This document shows positions 56,801-64,000 of a stretch of DNA of 64,000 nucleotides, piece by piece. Positions within the stretch are counted from its first letter, which is position 1; each line of letters opens with the position of its first letter. The translations under genes and the position numbers were made by a program. The notes beneath the pieces are model-generated. The model was not told where the DNA came from and searched no databases. It was given only the letters and a program-made list of their open reading frames with translations. Source of the DNA: Balneola sp. Lineage in GTDB: Bacteria > Bacteroidota > Rhodothermia > Balneolales > Balneolaceae. The DNA is taken from the NCBI GenBank assembly GCA_002694685.1, contig NZMW01000012.1, positions 98,556-162,555 on the forward strand. Direction: 5' to 3'.

Positions 56801-57635
56801 GGGTGTTCAAGTACCTCTTTCACAACTGGCTGAGATCAAATACCACCAAGGACCACAAGCCATCAAAAGCGAAGATACGTTCCTGGTGGGTTATGTAATC
56901 TTCGATAAGTTAGATGGCTTTGCTGAAATTGAAGTGGTAGAAAATGCCAGACGTGCTATTGAAGAAAGTGTGAACTCCGGTAACATAGCGGTTCCCGCAG
57001 GTATCAATTTTGAATTCGCGGGCAACTATGAGAATCAGGTCCGAGCTGAGAAACGGCTAAGCGTTATTCTGCCTATTGCGCTGGTCATTATCTTCCTGAT
57101 CATGTATTTCCAATTTCGGTCTGTGGCTACTACATCCATGATCTTCAGTAGCATTTTTGTGGCTTGGGCGGGGGGATTCCTGCTCGTCTGGCTTTACGGT
57201 CAAGGATGGTTTCTGAATTTTGATCTGTTTGGTCAAAATCTTCGGGATCTGTTTCAAATGGGAACCGTGAACTTAAGTGTGGCCGTTTGGGTAGGTTTCA
57301 TCGCCTTATTTGGAATTGCAGCTGACGGAGGCGTAGTGATGGCAACCTATCTCGACCAATTGTTCGATCGCAAGAAGCCGAAGACATCGGCCGAATTACG
57401 AGAAGTAGTGATAGAGGCAAGTACACGCAGAATTCGCCCGACACTCATGACGACAGCCACCACCATCCTTGCTTTGTTACCCGTCCTAACATCCACAGGC
57501 CGAGGCTCGGATATTATGGTGCCTATGGCAATCCCGAGTGTAGGTGGCATGTTCCTGCAAATCATCACATTACTGGTTATACCGGTCCTTTATTACATGT
57601 GGAAAGAATTTAAAATGAAAAAAGAATTGTCATGA
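53877..57635 (+). CDS. cusA: CusA/CzcA-family heavy-metal RND permease
   Basis: VDAIPNLGENQQIVYTDW.G.SP..IEDQVTYPLTT, LGPDATGLG, GIAIAIGT.VD, FMPALDEG, RIRPTLMT, PMAIP.VGG; ATG 53877 preferred. Confidence 0.95.
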   Translation: MLNKTIRFFLENKLVAVLFLLVLVGWGLAVAPFNWNLDFLPRDRVPVDAIPNLGENQQIVYTDWEGQSPQDIEDQVTYPLTTQLLTVPGIKTVRSNSMTGLSIIYIIFEEDVDYYWSRSRILEKLNSLPAGTIPQTAKPALGPDATGLGQIFWYTLEGRDQSGEPAGGWDPQELRSIQDFYVKYGLSGAQGVAEVASIGGYVKEYQIDIDPNKLKTYGVTLPEVIDAVRKTNAETGARTIEMNNVEYLVRGIGYIENLEDLESAVVKVVDNTPIRIQDVAFVSMGPAPRRGVLDKAGAEAVGGVVVARQGANPQQVIDNIKAQIKEISAGLPVKTLEDGTESQVTIVPFYDRSTLISETLGTLEEALTLQILITIIVIVIMVLNLRTSVLISAMLPIAVLMTFIAMKYFGVDANIVALSGIAIAIGTIVDMGVILSENMLRHLEEMEEDESLLEVIYNATVEVAGAVLTAITTTIVSFLPVFTMIAAEGKLFKPLAYTKTFALIASIIITITLIPPFAHWFFGLKINNKKLKLSWNGLLVIGGFIAMLTVSGWGGLLIMGFGLINGVGFFLGEEYHKRIPILNNVLSVVVVTWLLTEYWLPFGPSVSFAGNLFFIVLVIALILATFWLIIKYYQPIISWCLDHKKIFLTLPSFFVIFGVVIWLGFATTFGFVAKSFNTVGVDISETSVWTSASEAFPGLGEEFMPALDEGAFLLMPTTMPHAGVEEAEDVMRKIDLSVNSIPEVEMVVGKMGRAESALDPAPISMFENVIQYKSEYKTDENGRRMRFEVNDSGEFVRDEDGELIPDENGEYYRQWRDHIHSPDDIWDEIVAVARIPGTTSAPKLQPIETRLVMLQSGMRAPMGVKVKGSDLQEIENFGLQLEDVLKNAEGVKASSVFAERIVGKPYLEVHWNREQLARYGLSVQDVQQFMSMGVGGMAVSTSVEGRERYPIRVRFARELRDNPEALNELLVPTKTGVQVPLSQLAEIKYHQGPQAIKSEDTFLVGYVIFDKLDGFAEIEVVENARRAIEESVNSGNIAVPAGINFEFAGNYENQVRAEKRLSVILPIALVIIFLIMYFQFRSVATTSMIFSSIFVAWAGGFLLVWLYGQGWFLNFDLFGQNLRDLFQMGTVNLSVAVWVGFIALFGIAADGGVVMATYLDQLFDRKKPKTSAELREVVIEASTRRIRPTLMTTATTILALLPVLTSTGRGSDIMVPMAIPSVGGMFLQIITLLVIPVLYYMWKEFKMKKELS

Positions 57636-58981
57636 AAGAAGAAAATCGATTAAGGAACATTGAATATCCAATATTGAGCAGGATGGGAAGAAAGTCTTCA
57701 GCACTCTTTGCGAAACATCTGCACGCTCTGCTATTAATTGTATTACTTGGCATAATTGCACTGCCTTTTACCGTGCAAGCTCAAACTATTGCAGAATACC
57801 AACAACAAGCAGCTAAGAATAATCCCGAGTTGAAGGCTGAATATCAGCACTATCTATCAGCTCTTGAAGAAAGTCCTATTGTTGGTACTTTGCCCGATCC
57901 GGAAGTTGCTTTTGCCTATTTCATCAGTCCGATTGAAACCAGATTGGGACCACAAAAAGCAAGGATTTCACTAACCCAAATGTTTCCCTGGTTTGGGAGC
58001 CTCTCAGATAAACGATCAATATCGGAAGCGCAGGCTAAAGCGCAATACGAAGTATTTCAGGAGACCCGAAATCGACTGTTTTATCAAACCGAGAAAGCAC
58101 TTATTGAACTTTATGAGTTGGACCAAAGCTTGGAGATTGCCAACGAAAACCTCGACATCCTAAACTCATTAGTGGAGATAAGTTTGAGCCGATATGAAAC
58201 AGATCAGGCTTCGCAGGTGGATGTGTTACGGGCACAAATCGAACAGGAAGACCTGAAGACGCAAATTGCTTTGCTTGAAGACAATCGGAATGTGTTAATT
58301 CAAAAAGTGAATGAGCTTTTGAATGCTGAGCAAGAACAGGTGATCACCTTGCCGGATACGTTAATTCCTGAAATGAGTATAGAAAGCGAGCCGGAACTAC
58401 TGAATAAATTGGTTCAACAAAACCCGGCATTAAATCGCCTTAAATATCAGGAGGACTCCGCCCGCGAAATGAAAATGCTGGCAGTAAAAGACGGGAAACC
58501 ATCCTTTGGCGTAGGCCTGGATTATATCTTCACCGAAGAACGCTCAGATGTACCAACGCTAGCTGATAATGGTAAAGATGCCATCATGGCCAGAGCCAGT
58601 TTCAAAATTCCCCTGTTCCGAAATAAATACAATGCCAAGGTTCAACAAGCAGAGCTGAATATTCAATCAGTACAGTCGCAAATAACAGACAAAGAGAACA
58701 AGCTGGAAACAGATTTATCCTCTTCGCTGAGGGACTATTATGATGCGCGGCGGCGGTTTGACTTGTATGACCAGAAGCAGATTCAACGGGTTAATCAGGC
58801 ACTGAGCATTATGACACAGAACTATTCAACCGACAGTTCCAATTTTGAAGAAATTCTACGGATGCAGCGCAAGCTTTTGGGTTATCAACTTAGCCGTATT
58901 CAGGCTTTGGTAGATATGCAGGTTTCATCGGCTTTCATCGATTACCTGACGGGCAAGCACAACATTAATCTAAATAAATAG
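57632..58981 (+). CDS. cusC: TolC/CusC-family outer-membrane factor
   Basis: NNPELKA, LPDPE, QMFPWFG, IPLFR; ATGA overlap with the cusA stop. Confidence 0.88.
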   Translation: MKEENRLRNIEYPILSRMGRKSSALFAKHLHALLLIVLLGIIALPFTVQAQTIAEYQQQAAKNNPELKAEYQHYLSALEESPIVGTLPDPEVAFAYFISPIETRLGPQKARISLTQMFPWFGSLSDKRSISEAQAKAQYEVFQETRNRLFYQTEKALIELYELDQSLEIANENLDILNSLVEISLSRYETDQASQVDVLRAQIEQEDLKTQIALLEDNRNVLIQKVNELLNAEQEQVITLPDTLIPEMSIESEPELLNKLVQQNPALNRLKYQEDSAREMKMLAVKDGKPSFGVGLDYIFTEERSDVPTLADNGKDAIMARASFKIPLFRNKYNAKVQQAELNIQSVQSQITDKENKLETDLSSSLRDYYDARRRFDLYDQKQIQRVNQALSIMTQNYSTDSSNFEEILRMQRKLLGYQLSRIQALVDMQVSSAFIDYLTGKHNINLNK

Positions 58982-59054
58982 ACGTGTGATTTGAGCCATG
59001 AATAGTAAGAAAAACTAATCACTACTCTAATCTCACAACTCAATACTTACAACT

Positions 59055-60770
59055 ATGAAAACAAAAAACATACTTATTTACTCTGGACTTATACTGGGTG
59101 GACTCTTACTCGGCTACCTATTTTTCGGAGGGACTTCGGAACCACAAACACTTGAAGAGCATATATCAGAAACCCACACTGATGAGGAAGGCAATGTGGT
59201 TTATACGTGCAGTATGCACCCTCAGATAAGAGAAAGCGAGCCAGGAAATTGTCCAATTTGTGGAATGGAGTTAATTCCGGCTAATGATCTTGATGACAAT
59301 AACTCAGAATCGCTCAACCCGAATGCTGTTACATTTTCAAAAGCCGCACTTGCGCTTGCTGAGGTTGAAACCACTCCGGTTAGAAAAGGAGTCCCAGTGG
59401 TTGAAACCCGGTTACCTGGCAAAGTGGCTGTAAATCAGAACTTGGTATCGAATGTGACGGCTCACTTCCCCGGTCGTGTTCGGGAGTTATATGTAGATTA
59501 TACCGGTGATTACGTTCGTAAAGGGCAAAAACTGGTTTCTATTTATTCTTCGGAGTTAATTACGGCACAGAGTGAACTTTTGGAAACAGCCCGATTCAAA
59601 GAACAAAACCCTCGATTATATGAGTCTGCCCGGCGAAAGCTATTGCTTTGGGAATTTCCGGAAGAGACCATAAACCAGATTGAACAATCAGGAGAAGTGA
59701 TGGAAGAGTTAGACTTTTTCTCACCAGTATCTGGCTATGTATCAGAGATCAATATCTCTCGGGAAGACCATATTCAGGAAGGTTCAATGCTATACCGGAT
59801 CGCAAAGCTTTCTGAGGTATGGATTGAATTTGAGGCGTATGAATCGTCAGTCAATAATTTAAAAATCGGAGATAAAATTGATTTTACGGTGAGCTCCATT
59901 CCTGGGCACACTTATACCGGCGAAGTCAGCTTTATCCAGCCTTTTTTAAATGATAAATCCCGAACAGTAGAAATACGTATTACTGTTGATAATCCAAGAA
60001 AAGAGATGAAACCCGGCATGTTTGCTGAAGGAGTTATTTCTTCTCAATCAGGCCAAAAACAGCAACTTCTTGTCCCCCGAAGTGCCGTGCTATGGACCGG
60101 AGAAAGGTCCATTGTGTTTATGGATGTTTCCACAGCTGAAACTCCTGCTTTTGAAGCAAGGGAAGTTGTATTAGGCAAAAGGGCTGGTAACGAATATGTA
60201 ATCGAATCTGGACTGGAAGTTGGTGAGCGTGTGGTATCAAACGGCACATTTAAAGTGGACGCTGCCGCCCAGCTTAGCGATAAACTCAGTATGATGAATA
60301 GAGAACCGGGCTCAGGAGCAAATCGCGGGGCACATGATCACGGTGCTATGGACATGAATAACGGTGAAATGAATATGGACGACGGCGATATGAATGAATC
60401 CACTATGGATACAACTGAAGATCATTCAAATCATGAAATGGATAAAAGCCTTGAGGCATTAGTACCCCAGTACTTGAAACTTCGGGAAGCACTGTCCAAA
60501 GATGATTTTGAAACGGCTAAAGAACATGTCCGAGTGTTCTCAACGGATACATTCAGTGATATTGAAGAGCTCAGAGCCGAGTTCAAATCCATTTCAGAAA
60601 TGCTTATTTCACGAATTGAAGAAGAAGGATATGAAGGAGCACTGTTCAAGCAATATTGCCCTATGTACGGTGGTGGAAGCACCTGGATAAGTGACAAAAA
60701 AGATATTGAAAACCCTTTTTATGGCACTCAAATGCACAACTGTGGAGAAACCGTTGAGCAGATGAATTAA
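59055..60770 (+). CDS. cusB: CusB-like membrane fusion protein with N-terminal metal-binding domain and C-terminal DUF3347-like segment
   Basis: YTCSMHPQI...GNCPICGMEL; MKPGMFA; His/Met-rich linker; QYCPM...W.S....ENPFYG..M..CG. Confidence 0.9.
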   Translation: MKTKNILIYSGLILGGLLLGYLFFGGTSEPQTLEEHISETHTDEEGNVVYTCSMHPQIRESEPGNCPICGMELIPANDLDDNNSESLNPNAVTFSKAALALAEVETTPVRKGVPVVETRLPGKVAVNQNLVSNVTAHFPGRVRELYVDYTGDYVRKGQKLVSIYSSELITAQSELLETARFKEQNPRLYESARRKLLLWEFPEETINQIEQSGEVMEELDFFSPVSGYVSEINISREDHIQEGSMLYRIAKLSEVWIEFEAYESSVNNLKIGDKIDFTVSSIPGHTYTGEVSFIQPFLNDKSRTVEIRITVDNPRKEMKPGMFAEGVISSQSGQKQQLLVPRSAVLWTGERSIVFMDVSTAETPAFEAREVVLGKRAGNEYVIESGLEVGERVVSNGTFKVDAAAQLSDKLSMMNREPGSGANRGAHDHGAMDMNNGEMNMDDGDMNESTMDTTEDHSNHEMDKSLEALVPQYLKLREALSKDDFETAKEHVRVFSTDTFSDIEELRAEFKSISEMLISRIEEEGYEGALFKQYCPMYGGGSTWISDKKDIENPFYGTQMHNCGETVEQMN

Positions 60771-60795
60771 TGTATAAATCAAAAACGGAGGTATT

Positions 60796-61137
60796 ATGAA
60801 ATTAGTAAAAGCATACATACGCCCCATGCTGCTTGAAGAAGTATATAAAGCGCTACGTTCTGAAGGTCATTGTTGCATAACAGTATTCAGAGGAGAAGGA
60901 GCAGGTCAATATACCGATCCTGACCATGCACATGGCTCGTTGCAATTCCCGGCGATGCACTCCAAAGTTGTGAAAATAGAAATAGCAGCGGTAGACGAAG
61001 ATGTCAATTCTATTATTGAGATCATTCAACAAACTGCTTCAACAGGTTCGCGCGGAGATGGAATTATATTTGTCATGCCTATTGAGAATATGATTAGGAT
61101 CAGGGATGGTGAGGGAGGATCTAAAGTAATAGAATAA
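60796..61137 (+). CDS. PII (GlnB)-like protein in a metal-efflux operon
   Basis: MKLVKAYIRP, GEG, KIEIA, TG..GDG.IFV.P.EN.IRIRDGE.G. Confidence 0.88.
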   Translation: MKLVKAYIRPMLLEEVYKALRSEGHCCITVFRGEGAGQYTDPDHAHGSLQFPAMHSKVVKIEIAAVDEDVNSIIEIIQQTASTGSRGDGIIFVMPIENMIRIRDGEGGSKVIE

Positions 61138-61243
61138 TAGGCTTACACTAAATAAACGGTAAGTATTAATCATCATTGAATAAGCTAACCTCTTAGATAG
61201 TTGATATTTTAAGTAAAGCAAACATTAACAAAACCATAAGATT

Positions 61244-61720
61244 ATGAAAAAGATGAAATCAATCGCACTGTTACTGGCAATAAGTTTAGGTCTAACCGTA
61301 ACCGCTGTGGCCCAGCAACAAAATATAGAGCAGAAAAAGCAGCAAATGATGACCATTATGCAGGACTCATCTATGCAATCCATGATGATGGATCACATGA
61401 TGAATAATCCTGAAATGCGAGCCAAGATGATGCAGAGAATGATGAAATCACAAAAGATGGATCATTCCAAAATGATGGAAAACATGAACTCCATGATGAA
61501 CAATCCTGAAATGAAAGAACACATGAAAAAGCATATGGAAATGATGCAATCTATGATGGATGGAGATATGGATCACGCTAAAATGATGAATATGATGGAT
61601 AACTCATCTATGATGAACATGCATATGATGTGTATGCAAATGATGCAGGGAGGCATGATGGATTCGGGAATGAAAATGAAATCAGATTCTACCGATAATA
61701 AAGGTATGAACCATCATTAG
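61244..61720 (+). CDS. Secreted extremely Met-rich protein, putative Cu/Ag sponge
   Basis: Signal peptide (AVA-Q); 47 of 158 residues Met and 8 His by manual count; repeated MMNNPEM and MDHxKMM. Confidence 0.75.
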   Translation: MKKMKSIALLLAISLGLTVTAVAQQQNIEQKKQQMMTIMQDSSMQSMMMDHMMNNPEMRAKMMQRMMKSQKMDHSKMMENMNSMMNNPEMKEHMKKHMEMMQSMMDGDMDHAKMMNMMDNSSMMNMHMMCMQMMQGGMMDSGMKMKSDSTDNKGMNHH

Positions 61721-61784
61721 TAAAATTAAATGGGGATGCACTTCAAAGTCATCCCCGAATTCTAAAACTATAAATGATAGCATT

Positions 61785-61997
61785 ATGCATGATTTTCAAT
61801 TTTTTGGAGGTGGCTGGATGATGTTTTTCTGGTGGTTCTTACTCATTGCCTTGGTCATTGTCTTAGTAAGGCCGTTATTCAAGACAAATCAACAAGAATC
61901 TGATAAAGAAACTCCCCTTGAGATCCTTAAGCGAAGGTATGCAGATGGAGAAATTGATCAAGAAGAATTCGAGAAGAGGAAAAAGGATCTGATGTGA
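61785..61997 (+). CDS. SHOCT-domain small membrane protein
   Basis: GGGWMMFFWW TM segment; PLEILKRRYADGEIDQEEFEKRK. Confidence 0.85.
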   Translation: MHDFQFFGGGWMMFFWWFLLIALVIVLVRPLFKTNQQESDKETPLEILKRRYADGEIDQEEFEKRKKDLM

Positions 61998-62036
61998 TCA
62001 AGTATTTAAAAATACAATCATTATAGTTTCAAAATT

Positions 62037-63503
62037 ATGAAAAGAAAACAATTTTTACGCAGAGTAGGTCTTGGAACTGGTGCATTAGCCCTATCACCTT
62101 GGTTAACATCCTGCCTAACTTTTTCTGACGATGAGTTGCAGGGTTCTTTTAGAAACAGATTGCCTTTTCCGGGTCAAATAACAGATCCTTCGTTTAATTT
62201 ATCTGCCTCTTCTGCAGAAATAGAGATGCCAGAATCGTTAAGTCTGGCTGCTTTTCAATTTAATAATTCAGTTCCCGGTCCAACAATTCGCCATGTAAAG
62301 GGGCAGGAACTTAACATCCAGTTTACTAATAATATAGGTCAGGAAAGCATTATTCACTGGCATGGACTCATTGTTCCCCCCGAAATGGATGGACATCCCA
62401 AAGATGCAATATCAGGAGGAGCCTATGATTATGAATTCAGCCTGAATCAAAGAGCCGGCACCTATTGGTATCACCCGCATCCTCACAGAATAACAGGAGA
62501 GCAGGTTTACCGCGGGTTAGCAGGTTTTTTTATTATTGAGGATGACGAAGAAAAAGCGCTCAACTTACCCAGTGGTAACTACGAGATACCGCTCGTTATT
62601 CAGGATCGGAGAGTAAGTGACTCTGGGCAGATCATTTATAACCCGTCTATGCCCGAACGGATGATGACTGGGTTTTTGGGAGATACAATCTTAGTTAACG
62701 GAGCGCCATCTCCTTACCATGAAGTTGAGCCAGGTGTGTATCGCTTAAGAGTATTAAATGGCTCAAATGCCCGGATTTATAATGTAGCGTTTCAAGATGA
62801 TCTTTCCTTTATGGTCATCGGCACCGATGGAGGCCTTCTGCCGGAAGCTATTGAGACGAATGAATTATTAATGGCCCCCGGGGAAAGAGCAGACATACTG
62901 GTAGACTTCTCTGGAGTGAAGAAAAATAGTATTCACCTTATCAGTAAACCATTTGATGTGCCTTCCGGCGGCGGTATGATGGGAATGCAAAACATGATGG
63001 GGAGCTCCGGACCAGAGCAAGGCACCAGTTTTGATCTTATGGAATTCAGGATCGATGGAGAATCTAAGCAAGAATCGATGGGCCTTCCCGGTCAGCTGTC
63101 TGAATCGACCTTTCCTGAAGCTTCATCTGCTGATCGCACCCGCTCCATTCGGTTGGACATGCAAATGATGAACGGCCATACCATTAATGGGCGTCAGTTT
63201 GAGATGGAGCGAGTCGATGAACGTGTAGAGCAAGGAAGTACTGAAATTTGGGAGTTTATCAATAACTCAAACGTACCTCACCCCATGCACGTGCATGCCA
63301 TTCAGTTTAAAGTTCTTGATAGAAGCGGAAGTAGAGGATTAACGCCTACCGAAACAGGTTGGAAGGACACGGTACTTGTTATGCCCGGTGAGACTGTTAG
63401 GGTTATCATGAATTTCAATGCGCCAAAAGGCCTGTACGTTTTTCACTGCCATAACCTGGAGCACGAAGACAACGGCATGATGGCTAACCTGGAGATTATA
63501 TAA
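62037..63503 (+). CDS. Multicopper oxidase (CueO-like), Tat-type lipoprotein signal
   Basis: HWHG, WYHPH, HPMHVH, HCHNLEHED.GMM copper motifs; MKRKQFL...LTSC leader; Met-rich insert. Confidence 0.93.
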   Translation: MKRKQFLRRVGLGTGALALSPWLTSCLTFSDDELQGSFRNRLPFPGQITDPSFNLSASSAEIEMPESLSLAAFQFNNSVPGPTIRHVKGQELNIQFTNNIGQESIIHWHGLIVPPEMDGHPKDAISGGAYDYEFSLNQRAGTYWYHPHPHRITGEQVYRGLAGFFIIEDDEEKALNLPSGNYEIPLVIQDRRVSDSGQIIYNPSMPERMMTGFLGDTILVNGAPSPYHEVEPGVYRLRVLNGSNARIYNVAFQDDLSFMVIGTDGGLLPEAIETNELLMAPGERADILVDFSGVKKNSIHLISKPFDVPSGGGMMGMQNMMGSSGPEQGTSFDLMEFRIDGESKQESMGLPGQLSESTFPEASSADRTRSIRLDMQMMNGHTINGRQFEMERVDERVEQGSTEIWEFINNSNVPHPMHVHAIQFKVLDRSGSRGLTPTETGWKDTVLVMPGETVRVIMNFNAPKGLYVFHCHNLEHEDNGMMANLEII

Positions 63504-63563
63504 CCTTTTGGACACAACAATTAATTTCTGAACTCAATTATTTAAAACTTTGACTAACTAATT

Positions 63564-64000
63564 ATGGAATCTTTACTAACTCCTGAATGGGCTCCCAACA
63601 TTCACCCACTGATCGTTCATTTTCCTATTGCGCTATTAGTGACGGCTGCATTGGCTAATTTTGTATCTCTTTTTTTTCAAGAAAAATGGTGGGATGAAAC
63701 AAAGAATACCATCCTTTATGTAGCAGGAGCACTTTTCGCCGGTGTCACCTATTACAGTGGTACATTAGCTGCAGATAGCGTCTTTTTACCTACAGAAGCT
63801 CAATCTGTTTTAAGCGAGCACGCCGACTGGGCGGAGTATCTACTTTGGTTCTTTGTTATTTACACTCTATTGAGAATCGCCTTTCACTGGTTTGATCTTT
63901 TTGAAAAGAAGAGCTTTAAGATCATTGCATTCATTACAGTGCTACCGGGATTATTTATGGTATATGAAACGGCTGAGTATGGCGGTAAAATGGTATATGG
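63564..64000 (+). CDS. DUF2231-like membrane protein, 3'-truncated (not in the ORF track)
   Basis: Manual translation from ATG 63564: MESLLTPEWAPNIHPLIVHFPIALL...EHADWAE...TAEYGGKMVY; HP..VHFPIAL is the typical motif. Confidence 0.8.
   Translation, partial: MESLLTPEWAPNIHPLIVHFPIALLVTAALANFVSLFFQEKWWDETKNTILYVAGALFAGVTYYSGTLAADSVFLPTEAQSVLSEHADWAEYLLWFFVIYTLLRIAFHWFDLFEKKSFKIIAFITVLPGLFMVYETAEYGGKMVY

Noticed and set aside
896-63071. Dozens of short ORF-track entries overlapping the real genes (e.g. 896-1285, 3781-4248, 13405-13662, 19807-20157, 21555-22139, 24630-25079, 54537-54986)
   Set aside because: They are antisense or alternate-frame shadows of well-supported genes with no recognisable motifs.
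1-64000. Search for tRNA, rRNA, CRISPR, IS/transposase, integrase, toxin-antitoxin or defence genes
   Set aside because: None recognised; intergenic gaps are short and explained by promoters and terminators. A tRNAscan/Infernal run would be needed to exclude small RNAs formally.

Overview
The window looks like a Balneolaceae-type (Balneolota/Rhodothermota-like) genome segment. This is inferred from four 'QNYPNPFNP...KMxLIK' T9SS type-A C-terminal domains, acidic secreted proteins and E. coli-like sigma70 promoters. About 850-53027 is one continuous ~52 kb pectin/hexuronate utilisation locus. It encodes depolymerising enzymes (2x PL1, 2x CE8, CE12, GH105, GH43, GH28, 2 alpha/beta esterases), three non-SusC-like TonB-dependent receptors with no recognisable SusD, and four T9SS cargo proteins, two of them non-catalytic (a 246-aa-repeat protein and an LRR protein). 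It also encodes a TRAP transporter, three convergent routes to KDG (kduI-kduD; uxaC-uxaB-uxaA; uxaC-uxaE-uxuB-uxuA), kdgK, eda, a class 1 fbp and two LacI regulators. Two distinct CG-centred palindromes can be read directly from the intergenic DNA. Motif A (TAAYCGRTWA) occurs at about 10 sites, in front of most + strand pectin units plus GH28. Motif B (TGCAATCGATTG) occurs 3 times, in front of kduI, kdgK and a VOC gene. From 53266 to the end is a copper/silver-resistance-type cluster: cusA-cusC-cusB, a PII-like protein, a 30%-Met protein, a SHOCT protein, a multicopper oxidase and a partial DUF2231-like gene. I saw no CRISPR, rRNA, tRNA or mobile element. All family assignments come from motif recognition by eye; no database search was run.
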